Shown: positions 14,867 to 25,390 of the stretch, in pieces
Numbering within the stretch: the first letter of the stretch is position 1
How the letters are laid out: each line of letters starts with the position of its first letter
Assembly (NCBI GenBank): GCA_017615095.1
Contig: JAGAAT010000020.1
Location: 1 to 33,598, forward strand
DNA from: a bacterium
Lineage (GTDB): Bacteria > UBP6 > UBA1177
Reading direction: 5' to 3'
Length of the DNA: 33,598 nucleotides
The notes under the pieces: model-generated
The model's input: only the letters and a program-made list of their open reading frames with translations
The model's database searches: none
What the model was told of the DNA's origin: nothing
Translations under genes and position numbers: made by a program

Positions 14867-16090
14867 CTACCAGTTGAGGATGTTCTTGAGATCGTAAAGC
14901 TGCGGATTCTGTAGATATTTTGCAGCCTTGCGGTAATCTGCCTCTCTGATGTAGTGGAGGTTGTCGATCAGCATTTTGTAGTCCTCAGACTCTGTATCGA
15001 CGAGTCTCGGGATGATCTTGCCGGTCTTTGGATCTTCGACATCCTCGAGGTAGAGCGGAAGGACTCTGCCGTCGTTGTGGCAGACGACGATGCAGCCTGA
15101 CGAGCCGCGGTCGAAGAGTTTTTTGACGCCGAGACCGAGCAGCGTGCAGTATTTGAGGTCGAAGGCTGTCGGTTCGCAGCAGCGGACTTCATAGCCGATC
15201 TCGACCGGACGGCACTTTATCTTTATTCCGAGCCTGTCGAGTTCGTCGCTCAGCAAAACGTTGAAAATATGGGCCTTTGAGACCTTTCCGAGTTCGGGGT
15301 GACCGTGCTCGTCGTAGGAGAATTTGAGACCGGTGTGCTGAAATTCGCTGTCGTCCATGAAGTGGAAAACGCCCTCGCTGATCATTATCGCGCCGTGGTT
15401 CATGTTCAGGATCTTGCGCTTGACGATGGACGAAACCATCATTTTTATGATCCTGTCGAAGGTGACCGCGACGTTTTTGAACATCTCGGGGATGATGATC
15501 ATCGGATAGTGGCAGGCGGAACCGATACCGAATGCAAGGTGACCCGCCTCGCGGCCCATCGAGGAGACGACGAACCAGTTTTCGCTTGTCCTGGCGTCTT
15601 CGTAGACCGTTGTCGCGATGCGTACGCCCTCGCTTTTTGCCGACTCGTAGCCGAATGTCGGGAGCTTGTCGGGCAGCGGAAGGTCGTTGTCGATCGTCTT
15701 CGGAACGTGGATGTTCCTGACGGGAAGGTTCTTTTCGTTGAGGAATTTCGTTATGCGGTTCGCCGTTGAAGCGGTGTCGTCGCCGCCGATCGTGACGAGC
15801 AGCTCAACATTGTTTTTGATGAAGAAATCTGCTTTGAATTCGCTGTCTTTCGGTTTGTAGCGGCTCATTTTAAGGAAGGATCCGCCACGGTTGAAGTAGT
15901 GGTCGGCAAGGTCGAAATCGATGTCGATGCAGTCGACTTTGTCGGTGAAGAGCGTCTTCGTGCCGTAGTTGATGCCGATAACACGCCAGTTTTCCTTCAG
16001 AAAAACCTTGGCGACGGTGCAGACGACGGTGTTTATACCGGGTGCCGGACCGCCGGAACAAAGAATTGCAACAGCCTTTTTATTTTCCAT
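14867..16090 (-). CDS. pfp: 6-phosphofructokinase, predicted pyrophosphate-dependent type
   Basis: Motifs are GGPAPGIN, IGGDDT, PKTIDNDL and MGR. The Asp in GGDD and the Lys in PKTIDND are the residues associated with PPi rather than ATP use. AGGAG SD upstream. Confidence 0.9.
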   Translation of the reverse strand: MENKKAVAILCSGGPAPGINTVVCTVAKVFLKENWRVIGINYGTKTLFTDKVDCIDIDFDLADHYFNRGGSFLKMSRYKPKDSEFKADFFIKNNVELLVTIGGDDTASTANRITKFLNEKNLPVRNIHVPKTIDNDLPLPDKLPTFGYESAKSEGVRIATTVYEDARTSENWFVVSSMGREAGHLAFGIGSACHYPMIIIPEMFKNVAVTFDRIIKMMVSSIVKRKILNMNHGAIMISEGVFHFMDDSEFQHTGLKFSYDEHGHPELGKVSKAHIFNVLLSDELDRLGIKIKCRPVEIGYEVRCCEPTAFDLKYCTLLGLGVKKLFDRGSSGCIVVCHNDGRVLPLYLEDVEDPKTGKIIPRLVDTESEDYKMLIDNLHYIREADYRKAAKYLQNPQLYDLKNILNW

Positions 16091-16124
16091 GATAAACTCC
16101 TAAAAAATCAATAAATCCATACGT

Positions 16125-17573
16125 TTATTCAAATAATGCCTCAACAAATTCGTTCGGGTCGAAGCGCTGGAGATCACCGATTTTTTCGCCGACACCGACC
16201 AGGTAGATCGGGAGTCCGAGCTCCTTCGAGATGCCGATGAGGACTCCGCCCTTCGCTGAGCCGTCGAGCTTCGTTACGATGATCCCGGTGACATTGACAG
16301 CCTGGCTGAACTCTCTCGCCTGGCTGAGCGCGTTCTGTCCGTTGTTCGCGTCAATGACGATGATGGTTTCGTGCGGTGCTCCCGGGTATGCCTTGCCGAT
16401 GACGCGGTTGACCTTTCCGAGCTCATCCATCAGGTTTTTGCGGTTCTGGAGCCTGCCTGCCGTGTCGATCAGAAGCACGTCGACATTCTTGCTGAGTGCG
16501 CTGTTGACCGCGTTGTAGGCAACCGATGCCGGATCGGCTCCGTCCTTGTCGCTGATGACTGTGCAGTTGTTGCGCTCGCCCCAGACCTTGAGCTGTTCGA
16601 CCGCTGCCGCACGGAAGGTGTCGCCCGCCGCAAGCATCGGGACTTTGCCCTTTGCGATGTACTTGTGGGCGAGTTTGCCTATCGTTGTCGTCTTGCCGGC
16701 GCCGTTGACGCCGACCATGAGGAATACCATCGGTTTCTCACGCAATTCAGGGAAATCCTTATGGTTTTTGACAAGGACCTCTTTGATCTGCTCCTTCAGG
16801 AAGCGTTTGACATCGTCGCCGCTTTTGAAGTTTGCGCGGTTCTTGTTGACAAGATCCATAAGCCAGCCGACGGTAGTCGTGCCCATATCGGCGGTGTAGA
16901 GGATCTCCTCGAGTTCGTCGATAAGGTCGTCTGTGACAACATTGCTTTTGAAGAGTCCGAGAAGCTTCGAAATGAAGCCGCCGCGTGTCTTCTGGAGACC
17001 GCTCTGGATGGTAGCCGCGGGTTCCGGTTCGGGTTCAGGTTCAGGTTCTGCGGGTTTTTCCGGTTCAGGAGACGTCTCAGGTGACGTCTCTACGGGTGCG
17101 GGTTCGGGCTCGGGTTCCGCAGGTTTTTCCGGTTCAGGAGACGTTTCAGGTGACGTCTCTACAGGTTCAGGTTCGGGCTCGGGTTCCGTTGGTTTTTCCG
17201 GTTCAGGAGACGTTTCAGGAGACGTCTCTACAGATGCGGGTTCGGGCTCGGGTTCCGCGGGCTTTTCCGGTTCAGGAGACGTTTCAGGGGACGTCTCTAC
17301 AGATGCAGGCTCGGGTTCGGGTTGAGGAGCCGGCATCGGCTTGAACGCCTCCTCTTCGTCGTCGGTTTCCTCTGCCTGTTCGACAGGTTCCGACTCCTCC
17401 TGAAGCTTTTTGCCGGCATCGACCAGCTCGTCAAGTTCGTTTTTGTCCTTTTCCCCGCGCTTCTTCTTGTCGGGTATGAAAATCGCTACGAGCAGCAGGA
17501 TAAGGAGCAGCCCGGGTATGATGTAAAAAAAGAAATCGCCGTTTTTCAGGCTCTCTTGAAGCCAGTGAATCAT
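16125..17573 (-). CDS. ftsY: Signal recognition particle receptor FtsY with an N-terminal TM segment and an acidic tandem-repeat region
   Basis: GTPase motifs are [15 protein letters not shown] and TKLDG. The N-terminal TM is [20 protein letters not shown]. The start is taken as ATG 17573 (GGAG upstream) rather than TTG 17585. Confidence 0.95.
   Translation of the reverse strand: MIHWLQESLKNGDFFFYIIPGLLLILLLVAIFIPDKKKRGEKDKNELDELVDAGKKLQEESEPVEQAEETDDEEEAFKPMPAPQPEPEPASVETSPETSPEPEKPAEPEPEPASVETSPETSPEPEKPTEPEPEPEPVETSPETSPEPEKPAEPEPEPAPVETSPETSPEPEKPAEPEPEPEPEPAATIQSGLQKTRGGFISKLLGLFKSNVVTDDLIDELEEILYTADMGTTTVGWLMDLVNKNRANFKSGDDVKRFLKEQIKEVLVKNHKDFPELREKPMVFLMVGVNGAGKTTTIGKLAHKYIAKGKVPMLAAGDTFRAAAVEQLKVWGERNNCTVISDKDGADPASVAYNAVNSALSKNVDVLLIDTAGRLQNRKNLMDELGKVNRVIGKAYPGAPHETIIVIDANNGQNALSQAREFSQAVNVTGIIVTKLDGSAKGGVLIGISKELGLPIYLVGVGEKIGDLQRFDPNEFVEALFE
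17030..17320. repeat. 69-bp in-frame tandem repeat (about 4 copies) inside ftsY
   Basis: It encodes [14 protein letters not shown](A/T)EPEPEP(AS/EP/AP) four times. The GACGT(C/T)TCAGG landmarks recur at 69-nt spacing (for example 17071 and 17140). The boundaries are approximate. Confidence 0.85.
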
Positions 17574-17594
17574 CTGAATCTCCAAAAATCTTTG

Positions 17595-19604
17595 TTATTC
17601 CTCAACTTTGGCTTTAAGTGTGTGCCAAGCCATGTAGCCGCAGAGCGCGAGGAACATGACGATACCGAGCCACTGTGCGCCGTTCGAATCAGCCCATTTT
17701 TCCATGAACCAGTTGATCCCGGCGAACTTGAGGATCGCCGAAAGAACGCCCATCAGAGCTCCGCCGGCAATGAAACCGGAGGCGATGAGGGTGCCCTGCT
17801 CCTGACGTGCGTTGTTGAGCTTCGCATCTTTCGAGCGGTGCGTTACGAAGTGGGAAATGAGACCTCCGACAAGGATCGGGGTGTTGAGATCGAGCGGGAT
17901 GAACATTCCGAGCGCAAATGCGAGTGCCGGTACGCCGATCGAGGTCAGCACAAGTGCCAGAGCGGCTCCTGCGCCGTAGAGCATCCACGGAGCTGCCTGA
18001 CCCGACATCATCGGCTCGATGACGGCAGCCATCGCGTTAGCCTGCGGGGCAACGAGTGCGTTGTCGCCGGTGAAGCCGTAGGTCTTGTTGAGGACCATGA
18101 TGACACCGCCGACTGTTGCCGCCGAAACGAGGACGCCGAGGAACTTCCAGGATTCCTGTTTGTAGGGCGAGTTGCCGAGCCAGTAGCCGATCTTGAGGTC
18201 GGTGATGAAGCCGCCGGCAGTTGAAAGCGCTGTGCAGACAACGCCGCCGATCACGAGCGCCGCAACCATTCCCGATGTGCCGTTAAGACCTACCGAAACC
18301 ATGATGAGCGACGCGATGATGAGCGTCATCAGCGTCATGCCGGAGACGGGGTTGGAGCCGACGATCGCTATAGCGTTTGCTGCGACTGTCGTGAAAAGGA
18401 AGGCGATGATCATTACTACGCCGAGTCCGACGAGTGCATGAACGATGTTGGAAACAACTCCCATCCTGAAGAATACGAAGACGAGGATCGTCATCACAAC
18501 GACGCCTATCGCCAGTATTTTCATGGAGATATCCTTCTGTGTGCGGAGGACTTCACTCTTCTTGGAGTCACCCTTGCCGCCGAGTTCCCTTGCTGCCAGA
18601 CCGAAAGCCTGAAGGATGATCCCCTTCGAGCGCCAGATGCCGACCATGCCCGCCATAGCGATGCCGCCGATGCCTATCGGACGGATGTAGTTGGCGAAAA
18701 TCTGCTCAGCCGACATTTGACCGAGTGTCATCGTGATGTTTGCTCCGACCGGACCTGTCATGCCGGGAGCAAAGTATGCGATTATCGGGATCAGCACGAA
18801 CCAGCCGACAAAGGAGCCGGCACAGATTATTGCTGCGTACTCAAGCCCGACGATATATCCGAGACCCATGACAGCTGCGCCTGTGTTGAGCTTGAAGACG
18901 AGTTTGTACTTGTCCGCAAGTGCCTGACCTGCGCCGACAAGACGTGTCGTTATCGTTTCAGCCCATGCACCGAAAGTTGCGATTATGAAGTCGTAAACTC
19001 CGCCGATAAGACCTGCGATCAGGAGGATTTTAGCCTGATTTCCGCCCTTTGCGCCGCTGACAAGGACCTGTGTAGTCGCAGTTGCTTCAGGGAAGGGGTA
19101 CTTTCCGTGCATGTCTGCGACAAAGTACTTGCGGAAGGGGATCAGGAAGAGGATCCCGAGGAATCCGCCGAAGAGCGACGAAAAGAAGATCTGCATGAAA
19201 TTCACTTGAATTTCCGGGTACTTGTCCTGCAAAATGTAGAGTGCAGGCAGCGTAAAGATCGCACCGGCTACGATGACACCTGAGCAGGCGCCGATCGACT
19301 GGATGATGACGTTTTCGCCGAGTGAGTTCTTGCGTTTGAAAAGTGTCGAAAGTCCGACTGCGATGATCGCGATGGGGATCGCCGCCTCGAAGACCTGACC
19401 GATTTTGAGACCGAGATAAGCTGCCGCTGCGGAGAAGACGACCGCCATGACCAAACCCCAGACTACCGACCAGCCGGTGATCTCAGGGTAGTTTTTCTGC
19501 GGAGACATCAGAGGCTCGAAAACTTCGCCCTCTTTCAGCTCGCGAAAGGCATTCTCCGGAATCCCTTTGAATTGTTCCTGATTTTGTTCCATCATTTCCT
19601 CCAT
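17595..19604 (-). CDS. OPT-family oligopeptide transporter
   Basis: 669 aa, polytopic, with many G/A-rich TM helices and an OPT-like layout. The start is possibly ATG 19592, because the GGAGGA of codons 2-3 can serve as its SD. Confidence 0.85.
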   Translation of the reverse strand: MEEMMEQNQEQFKGIPENAFRELKEGEVFEPLMSPQKNYPEITGWSVVWGLVMAVVFSAAAAYLGLKIGQVFEAAIPIAIIAVGLSTLFKRKNSLGENVIIQSIGACSGVIVAGAIFTLPALYILQDKYPEIQVNFMQIFFSSLFGGFLGILFLIPFRKYFVADMHGKYPFPEATATTQVLVSGAKGGNQAKILLIAGLIGGVYDFIIATFGAWAETITTRLVGAGQALADKYKLVFKLNTGAAVMGLGYIVGLEYAAIICAGSFVGWFVLIPIIAYFAPGMTGPVGANITMTLGQMSAEQIFANYIRPIGIGGIAMAGMVGIWRSKGIILQAFGLAARELGGKGDSKKSEVLRTQKDISMKILAIGVVVMTILVFVFFRMGVVSNIVHALVGLGVVMIIAFLFTTVAANAIAIVGSNPVSGMTLMTLIIASLIMVSVGLNGTSGMVAALVIGGVVCTALSTAGGFITDLKIGYWLGNSPYKQESWKFLGVLVSAATVGGVIMVLNKTYGFTGDNALVAPQANAMAAVIEPMMSGQAAPWMLYGAGAALALVLTSIGVPALAFALGMFIPLDLNTPILVGGLISHFVTHRSKDAKLNNARQEQGTLIASGFIAGGALMGVLSAILKFAGINWFMEKWADSNGAQWLGIVMFLALCGYMAWHTLKAKVEE

Positions 19605-19665
19605 ATTATGTAAAACAAATCAATTTAAGGAAAAGAGACATTTAGTCAAAAAACCGGTGCATTTT

Positions 19666-21984
19666 TCAAAATTTTACCACCGTTACCGCGTCGCCGCCCT
19701 CCTCGACACCTCCCGGAGCAAAGGAAAATTCGTAGCGCTTTGCAAGTTCGGCAAGGAACTCACGGACGAACTTTTTAAGTTTTCCTCCGCCTATACCGTG
19801 GACTATCGTGAGACTTATCGAGCCGCCCGCAAATGCCGTGTCAACAGCCTTTTCGATCTTGACTCCAGCCTCTTCCGTAAACATCCCGCGGACGTCACAA
19901 ACGTCATAAGCTTTCGAATTTACGGCGTTTTTTACGGCTTTTGCCTTGACCGCCGGAGCAAAATCGACAACGATCATCCGCTCTGTCGGCGATACGAGCT
20001 GTTTGCCCTTGACGATATATTCTGCCTTGTCGCCCTTCACGCGCTGCAGGATCCCTTCGAGCTTGAGGAGCTTGTCGTAAACGACCGTCTTCCCGAACTC
20101 GACGCGGCTCAGAACGTCGGCGAGCTTTTCCCCCTCCTTCGTGTCGAGTGCCGCCTTCTGACGGTTTATCGCATCCTGAAGAGTCTCTTTCTCTTTTTTT
20201 ATCAGCGCTATCCGCTGCTGCGCCTCCTTTACGTTGCTTTCACCGATTTTTTTCTTCAATTCACGCTCCTCCGTCTCGTAAAGCTGTTTCAGGATCCCGA
20301 GCTTTTCTGCCTCGAACTGCCTCTCTTTCTGAGCCAGGCTTTCGCGCAGAGTCAGCACCTCGGCATGTTCCGCGGCTGTCCGCGCTTTCAGTTCTTCGAC
20401 CTCGTGCGTCAGCTCGTCCAGTTCAAGCTCCTTGCGGTGCAGACGGTTGATCAGCGGCTCGATGTCGGTCTCCTTCGCAAGCAGGAGCTTCTCGAGCTTT
20501 TCGACAAATTCCTGAGGGAAATCGATCTTTTTGACAAGCGAAAGGGCGTTGCTCGAACCTACGATGTTGTAGGAGAAGCGGTAGGTCGGACGGTCCGTAG
20601 CCTCGTCGAAACCCATCGCGACCGGAATGAATTTGCGGTTTTCGAGGGCTATCGACTTTACCTCGGCAAGGTGGCTGGTGACGACGGCAAAGCAGTTTTT
20701 GTCGGCTATAAATTCAAGGTATGCCCTTGCGATCGCCCCCCCCTGAAGCGGGTCTGTCCCGGTGCCGATCTCGTCGATAAGGACGAGATCCGTGTTTCTG
20801 ACCTCCTTCGCCGTGTCGCTCAGAAGCTTGAGGTGGCTTGAAAAGCTCGATTCGCCGGAAAAGGCATCCTGGTTGTCTCCGAGTATGACAAAAACTTTAG
20901 TAAAATAGGGCAGTTTTGCGTGTTTTGCCGGAACGGGGAACCCGCGCACAGAGAGCTCTGCCGCAGTTGCGACGCTCTTCAGCGAGACGGTCTTTCCGCC
21001 GGCGTTAGGACCGCTGATAACCATGATCTTTTCATCATCCGAAAAGAGGAAGTCGTTTTTCACGAGCTTTTCCCGCTCGGAGAGGAAAACCGGCGGATAC
21101 CAGGCTGCCTCAAGCCGCATCGTGCCGTCCGAAAACTCAGGGATCGCGCATCCGTTTTCGCGCATCCAGCTGTACTTCGTCAGGACGTTTTCCATGTGGA
21201 CAGCGACCTCAAGGCAGTGCTTGAAGTAGTCGTAACTTCTGAAAAGCAGCCCTCTCAACTCCTTTAAAATACGGATTATTTCTTCCAGTTCGCGTGCCGC
21301 GAGAAGCGAAAGCGAGTTGTTGTGTTCGATGAGCGGTAACGGCTCCAGAAAGGCGGTCTGTCCTGTCCGGCTGTAGTTGTGGATCACCCCTTTCATCGTC
21401 CGCTTGAAGTTCGATTTGAAGGGCAGGACGTACCTGTCTTCGCGGATAGTGAACCAATCCTCCTGCAAATAGCCGCTGTACTCCGGGCTCAGGATCATCT
21501 TCTTGATTTCGCTGCCGATGTGTCGGTGCGTGTCTGCGAGCTGCTTTCTGATCTTTGCCAGCTCGGGGCTTGCGTTCGAGTTGACCTCGCCCTTTTCGTT
21601 GACCGCCTGTTTGATGGTCATTTCGAGGCTGATGTTGAACTCGAAGTCGAATTCGCGCTCCATTTTCGGAGCGAAGCCGTACCTTTTTATATCCTCGCCT
21701 GCTCTGCGGACAAAACCGAGAAAGTCGGCGATTGTCCGGTAGTTGATCGCCTCAAGCGGCTCGTTCTGTTCGAACATTTCGGCGATCGCGACGACAGGAT
21801 CGAGGTTGAAGGAGAAGAGCCTGCGCAGATCATCCGTAAAGCCGGAGACCTCGCGGATGAGCTCGAACTCTGCCTCGGCGTCAGCTCTGGAGAGCCGGTC
21901 GATCTTGTGAAGGTTCGCCCTTCCGTAGGCTGAGAGGGACTTTTCGCCGATCCAGTCGATTATGGAATTCCACTCTTGAATCAT
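19666..21984 (-). CDS. mutS2: Endonuclease MutS2 (MutS-family ATPase with a C-terminal Smr domain)
   Basis: 772 aa. Walker A is GPNAGGKT, followed by DEIGTGTDP, a long coiled-coil and a C-terminal Smr-like stretch, DVRGMFTEEA...LTIVHGIGGGKLKKFVREFL. Confidence 0.95.
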   Translation of the reverse strand: MIQEWNSIIDWIGEKSLSAYGRANLHKIDRLSRADAEAEFELIREVSGFTDDLRRLFSFNLDPVVAIAEMFEQNEPLEAINYRTIADFLGFVRRAGEDIKRYGFAPKMEREFDFEFNISLEMTIKQAVNEKGEVNSNASPELAKIRKQLADTHRHIGSEIKKMILSPEYSGYLQEDWFTIREDRYVLPFKSNFKRTMKGVIHNYSRTGQTAFLEPLPLIEHNNSLSLLAARELEEIIRILKELRGLLFRSYDYFKHCLEVAVHMENVLTKYSWMRENGCAIPEFSDGTMRLEAAWYPPVFLSEREKLVKNDFLFSDDEKIMVISGPNAGGKTVSLKSVATAAELSVRGFPVPAKHAKLPYFTKVFVILGDNQDAFSGESSFSSHLKLLSDTAKEVRNTDLVLIDEIGTGTDPLQGGAIARAYLEFIADKNCFAVVTSHLAEVKSIALENRKFIPVAMGFDEATDRPTYRFSYNIVGSSNALSLVKKIDFPQEFVEKLEKLLLAKETDIEPLINRLHRKELELDELTHEVEELKARTAAEHAEVLTLRESLAQKERQFEAEKLGILKQLYETEERELKKKIGESNVKEAQQRIALIKKEKETLQDAINRQKAALDTKEGEKLADVLSRVEFGKTVVYDKLLKLEGILQRVKGDKAEYIVKGKQLVSPTERMIVVDFAPAVKAKAVKNAVNSKAYDVCDVRGMFTEEAGVKIEKAVDTAFAGGSISLTIVHGIGGGKLKKFVREFLAELAKRYEFSFAPGGVEEGGDAVTVVKF

Positions 21985-22035
21985 TTGTCACCTGAAAAAG
22001 TTGTGAAAAGGGCGCGGAGAGTCGGTTTCAACGAC

Positions 22036-23829
22036 TTACACCAGAGGACGGGTCATATCCTTGAGCCACTCAGCCTCCTCCTTTGTAAGGTTCGGAGCAA
22101 GCATCTCGTAGACGTGTTTGTGATATTCATCGAGGTAAGCGACCTCGTCGTAATCGAGGAACATGACGTTGATGGCACGTCTGTCGATCGGGCAGAGCGT
22201 AAGGTTTTCGAAGCCTACGAACTTGCCCCACTGGGTCTCTTCGCGCGGAACGGAGAGGACGAGGTTTTCGATCCTGATGCCGTATTTTTCAGGCTCGTAG
22301 TATCCGGGCTCGTTCGACATTACCATGCCGGGGACGATCTTTGTCGTTGTCCCGCGGGGTGAAATGCTCATCGGACCTTCATGGACATTGAGGTATGCTC
22401 CGACGCCGTGACCTGTCCCGTGGTTGTAGTTGAGACCGTGCTGCCAGAGCGCCATCCTTGCGATCGCGTCGATGTGGCCGCCAGTCGTGAAGCCCTGCGG
22501 GAACTGTACCATCGCAAGTCTGATGTGACCTTTCAGAACGAGTGTGAAGTTGCGTTTCATCTCCTCGGTGAGGTGACCGAGGGCAACTGTTCTCGTGATG
22601 TCCGTGGTGCCGTAGAGATACTGAGCGCCGCTGTCAACGAGGTAAAGCCCTTCCGGTTTCAGAGTCGCGTTGGTTTCAGGAGTAGCCGAATAGTGGATGA
22701 TCGCGCCGTGCTTGCCGTATCCTGAGATCGTCTCGAAGCTGAGTCCGACGAAGTTGTCTCCGCCGACCTCTTTTCTGATCTCTTCAAGCTTGTCGGATGC
22801 CGAAATTTCGGTGATCTCCTCTTTGCCGATGGTCGTGTCAAGCCAGTAAAGGAACTTGACCATAGCGATACCGTCGATCCTGTGAGCTTCTTTTATGTTG
22901 TTGATTTCACATTCGTTTTTGACAGCCTTCATAATCTGTGTCATGTTCGTGCCGTAGACAGCCCTTGCCTTTTTGCTTACGGCTTCAAGCAGGCTCTGGG
23001 AGACTCTGTCCGGATCGAGGAAGACCTTGCCGGAGGGGATGCCCTTGAGCGCTTCGTAAATTTTGTCGTATTCCTTGACAGTTACGCCCTGTTTTCCAAG
23101 TTCGGTGAGATCCTTTTTGACGAGTTTGTTCTTTTTGATGAAGAGCTCGGCTGTGCTTTTGCCGACAAGCGCGAAGCACATAGCGACCGGGTTGCACTCG
23201 ATATCCTTGCCGCGGATGTTGAAGAGCCATGCGATGTCGTCAAGAGCTGCGAAAAGGTGGTAGTCAACGCCGTTTTTCCTCATCTCGGCACGAAGCTCGG
23301 CAAGCTTGTCGCTCGTGCTTTTGCCAGAAAACTCCTCGGGATAGAGAGCCGCTCTCTGGTTCGGGAATGCGGGACGGTCTTTCCATATCTTGCCGATGAG
23401 GTCTTCGCCCGGCTGGACAGAGATGTTCCTGGGTGCGAAAAATTCCTTCATCTCTTCGACCGAACGTACGGACATGACAGATGCGTCAAAGCCGACGACA
23501 CCCTTCTTGCCGATCTTGGAGGCGATCCATTCTTTGTAGCCGACAGTCTCGGGGAGCCCCATCTTGAAAAGCGTTATCGTGCTATCCTTGAGCTGTTCCT
23601 CAGCTTGAAGGAAGTAACGTCCGTCTGTCCAAAGTCCGGCCTCTGTCGCTGTGACGACAACCGTGCCCGCCGAACCGGTAAAACCGCTGATCCACTCTCT
23701 GGATTTCCAACGCGGCGCAACGTATTCGCTCTGGTGCGGATCATCGCTGGGAATGATGTACGCGGAAATTTTGTTTCCCTTCATCAAGTTTCTCAACTGC
23801 TCAAGTCTTTTTTTCGTGATAGCAACCAT
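22036..23829 (-). CDS. pepP: Xaa-Pro aminopeptidase (M24B family, long form)
   Basis: 597 aa. M24 metal-ligand context is DSGAQY..GTTDITRT, HGTGHGVG, SNEPGYY and IRIENL. The N-terminal domains are creatinase-like. Confidence 0.9.
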   Translation of the reverse strand: MVAITKKRLEQLRNLMKGNKISAYIIPSDDPHQSEYVAPRWKSREWISGFTGSAGTVVVTATEAGLWTDGRYFLQAEEQLKDSTITLFKMGLPETVGYKEWIASKIGKKGVVGFDASVMSVRSVEEMKEFFAPRNISVQPGEDLIGKIWKDRPAFPNQRAALYPEEFSGKSTSDKLAELRAEMRKNGVDYHLFAALDDIAWLFNIRGKDIECNPVAMCFALVGKSTAELFIKKNKLVKKDLTELGKQGVTVKEYDKIYEALKGIPSGKVFLDPDRVSQSLLEAVSKKARAVYGTNMTQIMKAVKNECEINNIKEAHRIDGIAMVKFLYWLDTTIGKEEITEISASDKLEEIRKEVGGDNFVGLSFETISGYGKHGAIIHYSATPETNATLKPEGLYLVDSGAQYLYGTTDITRTVALGHLTEEMKRNFTLVLKGHIRLAMVQFPQGFTTGGHIDAIARMALWQHGLNYNHGTGHGVGAYLNVHEGPMSISPRGTTTKIVPGMVMSNEPGYYEPEKYGIRIENLVLSVPREETQWGKFVGFENLTLCPIDRRAINVMFLDYDEVAYLDEYHKHVYEMLAPNLTKEEAEWLKDMTRPLV

Positions 23830-23886
23830 CTTTAATTGTCTCCTACAAAGGTTAAAAAAATGAATTATTCAACATGTTTTTTGCAT

Positions 23887-25281
23887 TTAGTCCTGTCCGG
23901 GGCAGTCCGTTGACCATTCGACATTGTGGATATCGGACTCGGAAACGGTCTCTCCGGCTACCGCTTTGACGATTTGACCGCGGTCGAACTTCCACGACTC
24001 AAGAGTGGATTCTGCTGCGTCGAGGTTGTAGCTCGGCGTGAAGTCTCCGTTGTAAACGATCTCGTCGGAAATCCTCAGACCACTTACAAGTCCTGAGAAA
24101 TAAAGCGAATACTTGAGGTTTGCACCGATGTAAAGACCGTCATCCATAGATTTAAGCGAGATCGTCGAAACTGCATCGATATTCCCGCTGCCGTCCTCTT
24201 CGCCGAGATATACGCCGTTGACATAGAGCTTAAGGACAAGTTTTGCCTTGTTCTGCCAGTTCTGCTGGAACTGCGTGGATTCTCCCGTGACGGCAACGTG
24301 TACCCACTCGTTTTCGTAGAGGTTTTCCAACTGCTGGTACTCGAAACTGTAACTCAGTTCCTTGGTTTGGGTCTGCTGGCTCCACTGGTTATCCTTGTAT
24401 GAGTATGTTGTCTGAAAAGAATTTCTCAGATAGCCGTAGACATCCTGCTGGATGGGTGATGTCTGCTGAGTGTATTTCTGGATCGGATAAAAACCGAAAG
24501 TCGGAGTCATCACACTGCTGCCGCCTCTTCTTAAAACCGGAGCTGCGGAATTAGACTTTTCGGGAGCAGTCTCCTGCTTGTACCAGAATTCGATCGTCCA
24601 GGTGCTGCCCATGTCTGAATCGAAGATGCTCCTCGGGTCGTTATCGAGGAAAATGTACGAATCTTCACCGTTGAACTTTGCAGCGCAGAGGTTTTTGCAC
24701 TCGCTACCCTCACGAATGGTGCCCTCCTCGCACTTGTAGGTGCACGGTCCGGGATTTTCGCTGTCGTCGTATTCCGCGGGCGTGACAAGTTCCCACGCAC
24801 CTGTCTCAAAATCGTAGTGCTGCGTCGTCGTTCCGCTGATGTTCCACTCGGCAAGAGCCGGAAGGTTCCCGCATTCGAACTCCCTTGTGCATGTCCCGTC
24901 GTCATGGAACGTGCCGTTTTCCGAAAGACAGATCTCTTCCGGAGTCGCCGGTTGCGGTTCGTCGTCAGGACCGGTCGGGTCTCCGTCCGGATCGTTGTCC
25001 GAAGGCGTGTCGCCGTCCGTGAGTGTGTCGCCGGAATCGGGGTGTTCGCCCGAATCGCCGGTGTCGGTACCGGAATCGCCGGTGTCCGTTACGGAATCTC
25101 CCGAGTCGGAAGAATCTGAATCATCGCCTGAATCGGTCATGTCGGAATCTGAATCTGTATCTTGTTGATTTTCATCTGGATTTTCGCCTCTTTGGTCGTT
25201 GAGGTCAAGGGCGCCGCCGCCGCACGCGACTGCAAACAAGAGCGCTAAAAACGTAATTGACAGGAATCTGAAACTCTTCAT
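23887..25281 (-). CDS. Secreted lipoprotein with an acidic linker, a Cys-containing module and a C-terminal LamG/concanavalin-A-like lectin domain
   Basis: The start is taken as ATG 25281 (MKSFRFLSITFLALLFAVACGGG, lipobox), preceded by AAGGAGGG. A D/S/G/T linker follows (DSDSDMTDSGDDSDSSDSGDSVTDTGDSGTDTGDSG...). The LamG_3-like pattern is FNGEDSYIFLD...WTIEFWYK...EWVHVAVTG...LKLYVNGVY...LYIGAN...FSGLVSGLRISDE. Confidence 0.8.
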   Translation of the reverse strand: MKSFRFLSITFLALLFAVACGGGALDLNDQRGENPDENQQDTDSDSDMTDSGDDSDSSDSGDSVTDTGDSGTDTGDSGEHPDSGDTLTDGDTPSDNDPDGDPTGPDDEPQPATPEEICLSENGTFHDDGTCTREFECGNLPALAEWNISGTTTQHYDFETGAWELVTPAEYDDSENPGPCTYKCEEGTIREGSECKNLCAAKFNGEDSYIFLDNDPRSIFDSDMGSTWTIEFWYKQETAPEKSNSAAPVLRRGGSSVMTPTFGFYPIQKYTQQTSPIQQDVYGYLRNSFQTTYSYKDNQWSQQTQTKELSYSFEYQQLENLYENEWVHVAVTGESTQFQQNWQNKAKLVLKLYVNGVYLGEEDGSGNIDAVSTISLKSMDDGLYIGANLKYSLYFSGLVSGLRISDEIVYNGDFTPSYNLDAAESTLESWKFDRGQIVKAVAGETVSESDIHNVEWSTDCPGQD

Positions 25282-25313
25282 AATACCCTCCTTTATCAAA
25301 ACTAAGCTGGCAG

Positions 25314-25341
25314 ATTCTAGAGATAAGCCGCAAAAAATCAA
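25314..25341 (-). promoter_or_regulatory. Sigma70-like promoter for the LamG lipoprotein gene
   Basis: The minus strand reads TTGATT (25336..25341), a 16-nt spacer, then TAGAAT (25314..25319). It lies ~33 nt upstream of ATG 25281. Confidence 0.4.
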
Positions 25342-25390
25342 CCTAAATAGATTTTACAACTTTAAAAAAATAAAAAAGGGGGGTTCTCGA

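Noticed and set aside
19605-19665. Possible riboswitch or leader upstream of the OPT transporter
   Set aside because: The gap is only ~60 nt, A/T-rich and without conserved-looking stems. It is too short for a known riboswitch class and is more likely a simple intercistronic spacer in the pepP-mutS2-OPT-ftsY-pfp same-strand run.
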